DNA of 48,370 bases, taken from the NCBI GenBank assembly GCA_919903055.1, contig CAKKSB010000002.1, positions 1 to 48,370 of the forward strand, in the 5' to 3' direction. The position numbers and the translations under genes were made by a program. Position 1 is the stretch's first letter. Each line of letters begins with the position of its first letter. Below are positions 30,623-39,610 of the stretch, piece after piece. The notes beneath the pieces are model-generated. The model did no database searches. It was not told the origin of the DNA and saw only the letters and a list, made by a program, of their open reading frames with translations. This stretch comes from Gammaproteobacteria bacterium (GTDB taxonomy: Bacteria > Pseudomonadota > Gammaproteobacteria > DRLM01).

Positions 30623-32155
30623 TCAGTCCCGCAAGCGCGCCAGGACGATGCCGTTTTTCTGATAAAGCACCTCGGCGCCGACGAGATCCGCAAGATAGAT
30701 TGATTTGGTGAGGACGATATCGCCGGCGCGCGGCGCGCGTTTTTCCACCAGCCGTTGCGCGTAGACGTTGAAACTCGGTGTATTGAGCCGCCACATCACC
30801 ACCGGGTAGTCGCGGGCCTTGGCCAGCGCCGCCGCCTCTTTGACGGGCGCCTGCTGAATGGCCGCCACCAGCGGCGTGATGAAGAGCGAGAGCGCGCATA
30901 CCGTGATCATACCGCTAGCCAATAATTTGGATTGGGCACTGTGGCGGGTCTCCCACATAAAGTAAAGCATCAGCCCGGCGGCGGCGGCGAAGAACAGCCG
31001 GTAAGTCGTACTGAAATAACCGGCGTGGTCTTGCAGCATCGCCGTCGTGTGGGCGTCTTTGATATGTGGCAACGCCGCGCTGATGAATTCCGGCAGCAGC
31101 AAGAGCAGGACGAACAACAGCAGCGGCGGCAAGAACAGCCAGCCGCGACCCGGCAGCCGGTCGAAATTCAGCGCCATGAGGATGTACAGCGCGGCGTAAC
31201 CGTACACCACGTAATGCGGCAGCTTGGTGCCGGACAGCGAGAACAGCACGAATACCAGCGCGAACCACAGCAGCAGGTAACGGCTCAATTCGTCGCGCCA
31301 CAGCCGCTTGCCCTGGGCCAAAGTCTTGATGAGCACGGCGGTGTAGGGCAGCAGGCCGATCAGTACTACCGGCACGTAATAAAATACGGAACCGCCGTGG
31401 CCTTCCATGGCACCTTGAAAGCGCCCGACGTTGTGTTTGAAGAAAAACCCCGCGATGAAGGCATCGCCTTCTTTAAGGTATTGCAGTACGTACCAGGGCA
31501 ACGCCACCGCCAGAAACAACGCGATCCCCAGCGGGTCGAACACCGCCCGCAGCCAGGCTTTGAATTCGCCGCGACTCAGATAAAATAGCAAGGTCACCGC
31601 GCCGGGAATCGCCACCGCCACCGGCCCCTTGGTAAGGAAGCCCAGTCCCATCAGCACGAAACAGGCATACAAATAACCGCGGCGCTGGCGTTGCTGGAAT
31701 AAAAAAGCCGCGAGCATCGCCGATGTGATGAACAGATTCAGCGCGGCGTCGGCGGTGGCCGCCTTGGCGATGATGGGAATTTCCAGCGAAGTGGCCATGG
31801 CGATGGCGGCGATCAGGGCGTACCGTTCGTCGCGCATCGTGCGCACGAAACCGTATACCACCAAGACCCACACGCTGGCCGCCAGCGCCGAAGGCAGGCG
31901 CAGCGCGAATTCGTTCCAGCCGAAGGCGAGCACGCTCGCCGCCTGCAGCCAATGAATGAACGCGGGTTTGTCGAAACGCGGTTCGCCGTTGAGATAAGGC
32001 GAGATGAAGTCGCCGCGCAGCAACATCTCGCGGGTCGCCTCGCTGAAGGCGCCTTCATCCAAATCGAACAAGGGCACCGAATGGAGGTTAAGGAAAAATC
32101 CCAAACTGATGGCCAGCAACAGCAGAAGTCGGAGCGATGTATGGCTTGAAGTCAT
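30623..32155 (-). CDS. ArnT/PMT-like GT-C glycosyltransferase (family 39/83), polytopic membrane protein
   Basis: 510 aa. N-terminal PLFDLDEGAFSEATREMLLRGDFISPYLNGEPRFDKPAFIHWLQA is typical of 4-amino-4-deoxy-L-arabinose/mannosyl transferase-like enzymes. At least 10 hydrophobic helices. It ends 35 nt upstream of the DedA-PAP2 gene. Confidence 0.85.
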   Translation of the reverse strand: MTSSHTSLRLLLLLAISLGFFLNLHSVPLFDLDEGAFSEATREMLLRGDFISPYLNGEPRFDKPAFIHWLQAASVLAFGWNEFALRLPSALAASVWVLVVYGFVRTMRDERYALIAAIAMATSLEIPIIAKAATADAALNLFITSAMLAAFLFQQRQRRGYLYACFVLMGLGFLTKGPVAVAIPGAVTLLFYLSRGEFKAWLRAVFDPLGIALFLAVALPWYVLQYLKEGDAFIAGFFFKHNVGRFQGAMEGHGGSVFYYVPVVLIGLLPYTAVLIKTLAQGKRLWRDELSRYLLLWFALVFVLFSLSGTKLPHYVVYGYAALYILMALNFDRLPGRGWLFLPPLLLFVLLLLLPEFISAALPHIKDAHTTAMLQDHAGYFSTTYRLFFAAAAGLMLYFMWETRHSAQSKLLASGMITVCALSLFITPLVAAIQQAPVKEAAALAKARDYPVVMWRLNTPSFNVYAQRLVEKRAPRAGDIVLTKSIYLADLVGAEVLYQKNGIVLARLRD

Positions 32156-32423
32156 GGTGTCTCTGCGGCGGCCCGGTCCCGGAAAGGCCGGGGCCGGCCA
32201 TTATAGAAGATAGTACCGCCCGGCCGTATAGCCTGGTGCGGTTGTTTTGCCCGCCGCGTTTTTTCGCCGCGGCTCCGCCCCTGTGTTATCCTCAAGATAC
32301 CCTTGCGGGTTCCAGGGAATGGTAAGGGAAATATCATATCGTGGCCGACGCCCGCCGGCTGCAGTGAACGTCTGGTGGAGAGTGGATTCTAAACCTGATC
32401 TTGCTATCCGCCCGGGTTGAGAT

Positions 32424-33563
32424 ATGACATCGCCAACATTGAGTAAAGATATCCACCAAGAGAATCGCCTGTTGCGGCGGCGCTTGGAGGATTACCTCGC
32501 TCAGGCTTATAAAAACGAAGCCAAACTGCGGCGTTTCCAGTCGCATGAATTGCGTCTGATCGGCCTCAACTCCTTTTTTGAATTGATCCAAGAGATACTC
32601 TATCCCGATCCGTCGATCTTCAATTGGGACGTGGTGACGCTGCTGTTGTTCGATCCCGAATATGAACTGCGGCGCATCCTCGAAGAGGAAGGTGTGGAAA
32701 TCCGCGACCACGCGGGCCTGATGTTCGCCGCCGACAGCGACGATCTTGACGCCTTGTTCCCGAGTTCCTTGTTTCCGACTCTCGGCGCGTACAAACCCAA
32801 ACAGCACGCCCCCTTGTTCGCCGCGACCCGCCGTTCACCCAATAGCATCGCCTTGTTGCCGCTGGTGCGGCACGGACGGGTGATCGGCAGTTTGAATATC
32901 GGCAGCTACAACGTCGAACGTTTCGTCAAAGGCGTGCGCACCGATTTCATGGAACACCTGGCGGCGGTGGTGGCGATCTGCATCGAGAACGCCAGTAACT
33001 TGGAGCGCCTCAAGCGGCAGGGCTTGACCGACACGCTCACCGCCATCAACAACCGGCGTTTCTTCGATCAGCGGCTCAAGGAGGAATTGGAACGTTCCTC
33101 GCGCGAAGGCATGCCGCTCACCTGTCTGCTGCTCGACGTCGATCATTTCAAGAAGGTCAACGACAGTTACGGCCACCAAACCGGCGATCATGTCTTGCGC
33201 GAAGTCGCGGCGTTGATTCGCGCCCAATTGCGCGGCAGTGACGTGTTGTCCCGTTACGGCGGCGAGGAATTCGCCGCCTTATTGTCGCGTAGCGCCGCTC
33301 ACGAAGCGGCGGAAGTGGCCGAGCGGATACGCCAAAGCATCGCCGAACATCAATTCCTCAATACGGACGGCGAGGTATTCCAGGTCACCATTTCCATCGG
33401 ACTCGCGACTTATCATCCGGAAAAAATTCCCGGTGCCGCCAAATTGCCGGGCGATGTGCTGGTAGGCCATGCCGATCGTGCGCTATACGAAGCGAAATCC
33501 AACGGACGCAACAAAGTGGTGAGTGCCGGCGCCATCGAACCAGGCAAGGAATCGTGGTTTTAA
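32424..33563 (+). CDS. Diguanylate cyclase (GGDEF) with an N-terminal coiled-coil/GAF-like (DUF484-like) sensor region
   Basis: Intact active site RYGGEEFAALL. I-site RGSD lies 5 residues upstream. DHFKKVNDSYGH metal/substrate motif. 379 aa. Confidence 0.9.
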   Translation: MTSPTLSKDIHQENRLLRRRLEDYLAQAYKNEAKLRRFQSHELRLIGLNSFFELIQEILYPDPSIFNWDVVTLLLFDPEYELRRILEEEGVEIRDHAGLMFAADSDDLDALFPSSLFPTLGAYKPKQHAPLFAATRRSPNSIALLPLVRHGRVIGSLNIGSYNVERFVKGVRTDFMEHLAAVVAICIENASNLERLKRQGLTDTLTAINNRRFFDQRLKEELERSSREGMPLTCLLLDVDHFKKVNDSYGHQTGDHVLREVAALIRAQLRGSDVLSRYGGEEFAALLSRSAAHEAAEVAERIRQSIAEHQFLNTDGEVFQVTISIGLATYHPEKIPGAAKLPGDVLVGHADRALYEAKSNGRNKVVSAGAIEPGKESWF

Positions 33564-33668
33564 CGGGGGTTTTTGCCGAGGAAAAGGCCGTCTTGGTTTT
33601 TTGATTTGTCCGATGCCGCGGTGCGTCCCTGCATTGCTGACTTAAGCGCGATGAAGCGGGTTTTGTAT

Positions 33669-34040
33669 TTAGCAGAACCCGTCCAGATATTTTCTCAGCG
33701 CCATGAACATCAGCACATTGTCTTCCAGATGTTTGGGGTCGAACTCGATGCCCAGGCGATACACGTCACCGTTCTCGCTGAGTCCGGGTTCTTGAGTTTC
33801 GTTTTGACACCAGCGGATCCGGGCATTGAGCACGATTTCGAAATCGCGCGAGACGAACAAAATTTTTACCGGGGTACCGCTGGCGATCGCTTGCGTGAAG
33901 TGAATGCCCATCCCGGAAATCGAAGCATCGTGCACATTGTCGATAGCGTGCCATTGGTCATGAATATGCAAGCGGAAAAACGCTTTATTATCCGGTATGC
34001 GGACAATACGCCGTTCATGACGGCGCCGATCATCTGACAT
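33669..34040 (-). CDS. Stand-alone PilZ-domain protein (paralogue 1)
   Basis: 123 aa. c-di-GMP motifs RRHER (RxxxR) and DASISGMG (DxSxxG). Confidence 0.85.
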   Translation of the reverse strand: MSDDRRRHERRIVRIPDNKAFFRLHIHDQWHAIDNVHDASISGMGIHFTQAIASGTPVKILFVSRDFEIVLNARIRWCQNETQEPGLSENGDVYRLGIEFDPKHLEDNVLMFMALRKYLDGFC

Positions 34041-34122
34041 ACGACCTCCTCGGAAAATGGGCCCGAGGTGGTTAACGGCCGGCTAAGGGAATTTATTTAC
34101 GGGTCAGGTTAGGAAATGACGG

Positions 34123-34497
34123 TTATGCTTCGCCAAACGGGTCGATGAACTCACGCAAGGCGAGAAACAGCATGGAACTGTTTTTTATATCGCGATGATT
34201 GAAACGCACGCCGAGCCGGTATCGGCCGTCGTCGTTGTCCGCGACCTCGCCGGGCAAGCTGTCACACCACACCACGGTGCCCTGCACGCGTATCCGCCAG
34301 TCATCCTGGTTCAGACCCAGCACCACCGGCGTGGCGGGCGGCAGAGGCGCGGGCAGCACGATACCCGCGCCGGAAACCGATACATTGTTGACCCGGTTGA
34401 AAGGATATAAAGCGTCGTCCGATTCGATGAAAAATGAGGAATCCCCTTCCAGCTCCAGTAGCGCTTTGCGCTCGTGTTCGCGGCTTTCGTGCGGCAT
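34123..34497 (-). CDS. Stand-alone PilZ-domain protein (paralogue 2)
   Basis: The ORF is open to 34740, but the ATG at 34497 (MPHESREHERK...) is preceded by ggagaagg and gives 124 aa, collinear with paralogue 1. Motifs REHER and NVSVSGAG. Shared tail: YRLGVRFN...SMLFLALREFID versus YRLGIEFD...VLMFMALRKYLD. Confidence 0.8.
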   Translation of the reverse strand: MPHESREHERKALLELEGDSSFFIESDDALYPFNRVNNVSVSGAGIVLPAPLPPATPVVLGLNQDDWRIRVQGTVVWCDSLPGEVADNDDGRYRLGVRFNHRDIKNSSMLFLALREFIDPFGEA

Positions 34498-34954
34498 GGC
34501 GACCTTCTCCGACGGCGGTACCGAAGTTAAGTATAGTCGCTCATCGCGGCGGGTGAAGCCGGCGGGTAGGCGTCGGATATGTGGCCGGCGGGCTGCCCGC
34601 CGAGCGGTGATCGCGTGGTGCATGCCGTCCATGATCAAGAATATGCCTATTTCATGCCCGCCGTTGCGCCGTGGCCGTGTTGGTTTAACATGATCGTTGA
34701 AACCGATCATGTGCCGATGTCCAGGCCGCTGGCCGATCACGATGATGGCATGTTGAAAATAAAGCCGGTTCTCCGTCGCGAATCGCGCGACCGAGATCTC
34801 GCGCCGGGCAATCCGCTAACACGTTGGAGCTGACGCGGTTTAAGGCGAAGTCCCGTTTAGAAAGAGCTTGCCCTGCCGATAAATTCTGTAGTCAGAATCA
34901 TATTTTCCCGAGGCATGGCGCGATCCGCGCGGCGGCCCGGGTGAGGAAGCCGAA

Positions 34955-35872
34955 GTGGGATTGAAAAGCTGGCTGGTACGACGCATGACCCGGTGGCTGG
35001 CCAAGGAACGCCCGCTCAGCGACATGCCGTTGTGCGATTTCGAGCGCCTTTCTTTGGAAATACGCCCCGGCGATGTGTTGCTGGTGGAAGGCCGCAGCCG
35101 GGTCAGCGACATCATCAAGAACATCACCCAAACCGCCTGGACTCATTCCGCGCTGTATGTCGGCCGCCTGCGCGATATCGAAGATCCCGGCCTGCGCGCG
35201 CTTATCGGAAAATTTTACGACGGCGATGAAAACCAGCAGTTGATCATCGAAGCCTTGCTCGGCCAGGGGACCTTGGTATTGCCGCTCGCCAAATACCGCG
35301 GCGAGCACTTGCGCATCTGCCGGCCGCGCGGTTTATCGGGGCAGGACGCTCAGCGCATCATCGATTATTGCGCGCGTCATTTGGGTACCGATTATGATCT
35401 CCGCCAACTGGTCGACCTCGCGCGGTTCATGGTGCCTTACACCGTACTGCCGCGCCGCTGGCGTTCCAGTTTGTTCGAGCACAATGCCGGCATTCCGACC
35501 CGCACCGTCTGTTCGTCGATGATTGCCGCCGCCTTCACCGGCGTGCATTATCCGATTCTTCCGGTCATACAGCGCGGCGCCGACGGCAAGCTGCAACTTT
35601 ACAAACGCAACACGCGGCTGTTCACGCCGCGCGACTTCGATTATTCGCCTTATTTCGACATCATCAAATATCCGATACTCGGCGTCGACGACCTGGCATT
35701 GTATCGTCAGCTGCCGTGGAATCAGGACGGCGTGATTTGCAACGACGAAAATGATTGCTTCATTCCAGCGCAAGCCGGAGTCGTTGCGGCCACGCACGCT
35801 GAAGATGCCGCACCCGCCGCGCCGCGCCGCAAAGGCAAGGTGGTTTTTTTCGGTAATAGAAAGGGTACGTGA
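34955..35872 (+). CDS. YiiX/YaeF-like permuted papain-fold putative hydrolase
   Basis: 305 aa, GTG start after gaggaag. PGDVLLVEGRSRVSDIIKNITQTAWTHSALYVG and a later Cys motif, TVCSSMIAAAF, as in permuted NlpC/P60-like (C92) enzymes. Its TGA shares one nt with the fadE ATG (TGATG). Confidence 0.7.
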   Translation: MGLKSWLVRRMTRWLAKERPLSDMPLCDFERLSLEIRPGDVLLVEGRSRVSDIIKNITQTAWTHSALYVGRLRDIEDPGLRALIGKFYDGDENQQLIIEALLGQGTLVLPLAKYRGEHLRICRPRGLSGQDAQRIIDYCARHLGTDYDLRQLVDLARFMVPYTVLPRRWRSSLFEHNAGIPTRTVCSSMIAAAFTGVHYPILPVIQRGADGKLQLYKRNTRLFTPRDFDYSPYFDIIKYPILGVDDLALYRQLPWNQDGVICNDENDCFIPAQAGVVAATHAEDAAPAAPRRKGKVVFFGNRKGT

Positions 35873-38310
35873 TGGATCCGTGGCTTTGGTCGGTGGTGCT
35901 GATTGCTGGTCTGGTGGCACTGGCATATTGGGGCGTTCCGCTCCTCATCGCCGCGGCGCTGACCGCCGGTTTCGCCTTGCTGTCCACTGTTGCATTCTAT
36001 CCGGGATTTTTTCCATTGCTGCTGGGTTGGCTGATGGCAGCGCTGTTACTAACGTTGACCATTAAGCCGTTGCGGCGAGCGCTAATCAGCGATCGTGTCC
36101 TGCCGGTGTTGCGGCGCGCCTTGCCGGCGATGTCGCAAACCGAACGCGACGCGCTGGAGGCGGGCACGGTGTGGTGGGATGCCGAGTTGTTCAGCGGCCG
36201 TCCCGACTGGAATAAATTGCTCGCCATTCCGGTGCCGCGCCTGAGCAAGGAGGAACAGGATTTTCTCGACGGCCCGGTGGAGCAACTCTGCCGCATGCTG
36301 GACGACTGGCAAATCACCCAGGAAGAATTCGACCTGCCGCCTGAGGTGTGGGCCTATCTCAAGGCGCATGGCTTTTTCGGCATGATCATCCCCAAACGTT
36401 ACGGCGGCCTGGAATTCTCGGCGCTCGGCCACTCGGCGGTGGTGATGAAAATTTCCACCCGCAGCACCACCGCGGCGGTGACGGTGATGGTGCCCAACTC
36501 GCTCGGTCCCGCCGAGTTGCTGCTGCATTACGGTACCGAAGCGCAAAAAAATCATTATCTGCCGCGGCTGGCTTGCGGCGAAGACGTGCCGTGTTTCGCC
36601 TTGACCGGTCCCGAGGCCGGTTCGGACGCCAGCTCGATACCCGATACCGGCGTGGTATGCCGCGCGCTGTTCGAGGGTAAAGAGACTCTAGGAATCCGCC
36701 TCAACTGGGACAAGCGTTACATCACCCTCGGCCCGGTGGCGACGGTGCTGGGCCTCGCCTTCAAGCTGCATGACCCCGATCGCTTATTGGGCCAACAAGC
36801 GGCGCTCGGCATCACCGTGGCGCTGATCCCCACCGACACGCCGGGCATCGACATCGGCAATCGCCATTTTCCGCTCAACATCCCTTTTCAGAACGGCCCC
36901 AACCGCGGCCACGACGTCTTCATCCCGATGGATTGGGTGATCGGTGGTGAACAGCGAGTCGGTCAGGGTTGGCGGATGCTGATGGAAAGCCTGGCGGCCG
37001 GCCGTTCGATCTCCCTGCCGGCGCTCAGCACCGGCGCGGGCAAATTGGCCAGCCGCGCCACCGGCGCCTATGCCCGCGTTCGCAAACAATTCAAAACTCC
37101 CATCGGCCGTTTCGAAGGAGTCGAGGAGGCGCTGGCGCGCGTAGCGGGCTATACCTATATGATGGACGCGGCGCGTACCATGACCGCCGGCGCGGTGGAT
37201 TTGGGGGAGAAACCGTCGGTGATTTCGGCGATCGTCAAATACCAGCTCACCGAACGCATGCGCCAAATCGTCAACGACGCCATGGACGTGCAGGGCGGCA
37301 GCGCCATCTGCATGGGCCCACGCAATTTCATGGGCCGCGTCTACCAAGCGATTCCCATCAGCATCACCGTGGAGGGTGCCAATATTCTCACCCGCAGTCT
37401 CATCATCTTCGGCCAGGGCGCGGTGCGCTGCCATCCCTTTGTGTTGAAAGAAATGCAGGCGGTGGCGGAAAAAGACCCGGCTGTGGCCTCGCGGAATTTC
37501 GACGCGGCTTTGTTCGGCCATCTCGGCTTCACGCTGGGCAACGCGGCGCGGGCATGGTGGCTGGGGCTGACCGGTGCGCGCTGGACGGCCGCGCCGGCGA
37601 CCGGCTCGACTCGCCGCTATTATCAGCAGCTCAGCCGTATGAGCGCAGCCTTCGCGCTCGCCGCCGACTTGGCCATGCTCAGCCTGGGCGGCGCGCTCAA
37701 GCGCAAGGAAAAACTTTCGGGCCGCTTCGCCGATGTGTTGAGCCAGTTGTATCTGGCCTCGGCGGTACTGAAACGTTTTGAAGATCAGCAGCGCCCCGTG
37801 GCCGATCTGCCTCTGGTACGCTGGGCCTGCGAAGATGCCCTGCGGCAAATGCAGACCGCGCTGGACGGCGTGTTGAAAAATTTGCCACAGCGGCCGCTGG
37901 CCTGGCTGTTGCGCGTGCTGATCTTCCCGCTTGGCAAACCGTATTCTGCGCCGGACGACCAACTCGGTCATGAAGCGGCGAGCCTGTTGCTCGCGCCGTC
38001 GGCGGCGCGCGACCGTCTCACCGCCGGCATGTTCGTGCCCGCCGAGGCGGAGCAGGCTTTGGGCCGGCTGGAACTGGCCTTGCATGAAGTGGAGCGCGCC
38101 GAGGCGATTGAAAAAACCCTTGCCCAGGCCGTCAAGGGCGGCCGTCTCCCCCAGGCGCCGCTGTTGGACGTGGTCGAATTCGCCGTGGCGCATGGGGTCA
38201 TCGATCAACATGACGCCGAACGCGTGCGCAATGCCGAGCGGTTGCGGCGCGAGGTAATTACCGTCGATGAATTTTCCAAAGAGTATTTGAGGAGGCGTTC
38301 ACATGGCTGA
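35869..38310 (+). CDS. fadE: Acyl-CoA dehydrogenase, long FadE type with N-terminal TM helices
   Basis: 813 aa. The N-terminal membrane segment is followed by the acyl-CoA dehydrogenase core (FALTGPEAGSDA...; ITVEGANILTRSLIIFGQGAVRCHP). The likely start is ATG 35872. Confidence 0.92.
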   Translation: MMDPWLWSVVLIAGLVALAYWGVPLLIAAALTAGFALLSTVAFYPGFFPLLLGWLMAALLLTLTIKPLRRALISDRVLPVLRRALPAMSQTERDALEAGTVWWDAELFSGRPDWNKLLAIPVPRLSKEEQDFLDGPVEQLCRMLDDWQITQEEFDLPPEVWAYLKAHGFFGMIIPKRYGGLEFSALGHSAVVMKISTRSTTAAVTVMVPNSLGPAELLLHYGTEAQKNHYLPRLACGEDVPCFALTGPEAGSDASSIPDTGVVCRALFEGKETLGIRLNWDKRYITLGPVATVLGLAFKLHDPDRLLGQQAALGITVALIPTDTPGIDIGNRHFPLNIPFQNGPNRGHDVFIPMDWVIGGEQRVGQGWRMLMESLAAGRSISLPALSTGAGKLASRATGAYARVRKQFKTPIGRFEGVEEALARVAGYTYMMDAARTMTAGAVDLGEKPSVISAIVKYQLTERMRQIVNDAMDVQGGSAICMGPRNFMGRVYQAIPISITVEGANILTRSLIIFGQGAVRCHPFVLKEMQAVAEKDPAVASRNFDAALFGHLGFTLGNAARAWWLGLTGARWTAAPATGSTRRYYQQLSRMSAAFALAADLAMLSLGGALKRKEKLSGRFADVLSQLYLASAVLKRFEDQQRPVADLPLVRWACEDALRQMQTALDGVLKNLPQRPLAWLLRVLIFPLGKPYSAPDDQLGHEAASLLLAPSAARDRLTAGMFVPAEAEQALGRLELALHEVERAEAIEKTLAQAVKGGRLPQAPLLDVVEFAVAHGVIDQHDAERVRNAERLRREVITVDEFSKEYLRRRSHG

Positions 38311-39607
38311 TGGCGCGATGAATCAAGGACGGCCGGTTTACGTCGTCGACGGCGCGCGCACGCCGCAATTGAAAGCCAAAGGCGCGCCGGGCCCGTTTAG
38401 CGCCGCTGATCTTGCGGTGGGCGCCGGCCGGCCCCTGTTGCTGCGGCAGCCCTTCGAACCCGCCGCCTTCGATCAAGTGATATTGGGCTGCGTGATGCCC
38501 GGCCCCGACGAGGCCAACATCGCGCGGCTGGTGGCGTTGCGGCTGGGCTGCGATCAGCGCACGCCGGCCTGGACCGTGCAGCGCAATTGCGCCTCCGGCA
38601 TGCAGGCCCTCGACAACGCCTTTCACGACATCGCCGCCGGCCGTTCCGATCTGGTGTTGGCGGGCGGCGTCGAATCTATGAGCCGCGCGCCGGTGTTGTT
38701 GAGCGACGCGATGGTGATGTGGCTGGCGCGATGGGGCGCGGCGCGCAATCTCGGCGCGCGCGCCAAGGCGCTTACTCAATTGCGGCCCGCCCATCTCGCG
38801 CCGGTAATCGGCCTGCTGCGCGGCCTCACCGATCCGCTGGTGGGTTTGAACATGGGCCAGACCGCCGAGAATCTCGCCTACCGTTTCAAGATCAGCCGCG
38901 AGGAGATGGACGCCTTCGCCTTGGAGAGTCATCGCCGTCTCGCCGCCGCGCAGGACGATGGACGGCTCGGCGAAATCGAATTGCTGTACGACGGCGCGGG
39001 CAAAGTCTACGGCGAGGACGACGGCCTGCGCCGCGACGGCGACATGACCAAGCTCGCCAAATTGAAGCCGGTGTTCGACAAAAAATTCGGCATGGTCACC
39101 GCCGGCAACAGCGCGCAGATCACCGACGGCGCGGCGCTGTTGATTCTCGCCAGCGAAGCCGCGGTGAAAAAATACCGGCTGCCGGTGTTGGGCCGCATCG
39201 TCGACAGTCAGTGGGCCGGCGTCGATCCGGCGCAGATGGGGCTTGGCCCCGCCAACGCCATCGCGCCGTTGCTGCAACGCGGTAAGCTCGGTGTCAACGA
39301 CGTCGATTATTGGGAGATCAACGAAGCCTTCGCCGCGCAAGTGCTGGCGGTGCTCGCCGCGTTGAAGGACGAAACCTATAGCCGGGTCGAGCTCGGCTGG
39401 GATCACGCGGTGGGCGAGATTCCCCGCGAGCGTCTCAACATCGACGGCGGCGGCGTCAGTCTGGGTCATCCGGTGGGCGCCAGCGGCGCGCGTATCGTGC
39501 TGCATTTGTTACACGTGTTGCAACAGCGCGGTGGTCGCCGTGGCATCGCCAGTTTGTGCATCGGCGGCGGCCAGGGCGGCGCCATGTTGCTGGAAAGCGA
39601 GGGTTGA
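38303..39607 (+). CDS. fadI: 3-ketoacyl-CoA thiolase (FadI-like)
   Basis: Catalytic Cys region TVQRNCASGMQAL. C-terminal NIDGGGVSLGHPVGASGARIV...SLCIGGGQGGAMLLE. It contains the FadI-type insertion (LSDAMVMWLARW...LRPAHLAPVIGLLRGLTD). It overlaps the fadE stop by 8 nt. Confidence 0.88.
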   Translation: MADGAMNQGRPVYVVDGARTPQLKAKGAPGPFSAADLAVGAGRPLLLRQPFEPAAFDQVILGCVMPGPDEANIARLVALRLGCDQRTPAWTVQRNCASGMQALDNAFHDIAAGRSDLVLAGGVESMSRAPVLLSDAMVMWLARWGAARNLGARAKALTQLRPAHLAPVIGLLRGLTDPLVGLNMGQTAENLAYRFKISREEMDAFALESHRRLAAAQDDGRLGEIELLYDGAGKVYGEDDGLRRDGDMTKLAKLKPVFDKKFGMVTAGNSAQITDGAALLILASEAAVKKYRLPVLGRIVDSQWAGVDPAQMGLGPANAIAPLLQRGKLGVNDVDYWEINEAFAAQVLAVLAALKDETYSRVELGWDHAVGEIPRERLNIDGGGVSLGHPVGASGARIVLHLLHVLQQRGGRRGIASLCIGGGQGGAMLLESEG

Positions 39608-39610
39608 ACC

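Noticed and set aside
34498-34740. 81-codon N-terminal extension of PilZ paralogue 2 in the ORF track
   Set aside because: The extension is Arg/His-rich and has no counterpart in paralogue 1. The internal ATG at 34497 has a good SD and yields a collinear 124-aa protein.
36784-39505. 475-aa and 415-aa ORFs on the minus strand (36784..38211 and 38258..39505)
   Set aside because: They are antisense to fadE and the thiolase. Their sequence is low-complexity and Arg/Gly/Ala/His-rich. They are shadow ORFs.
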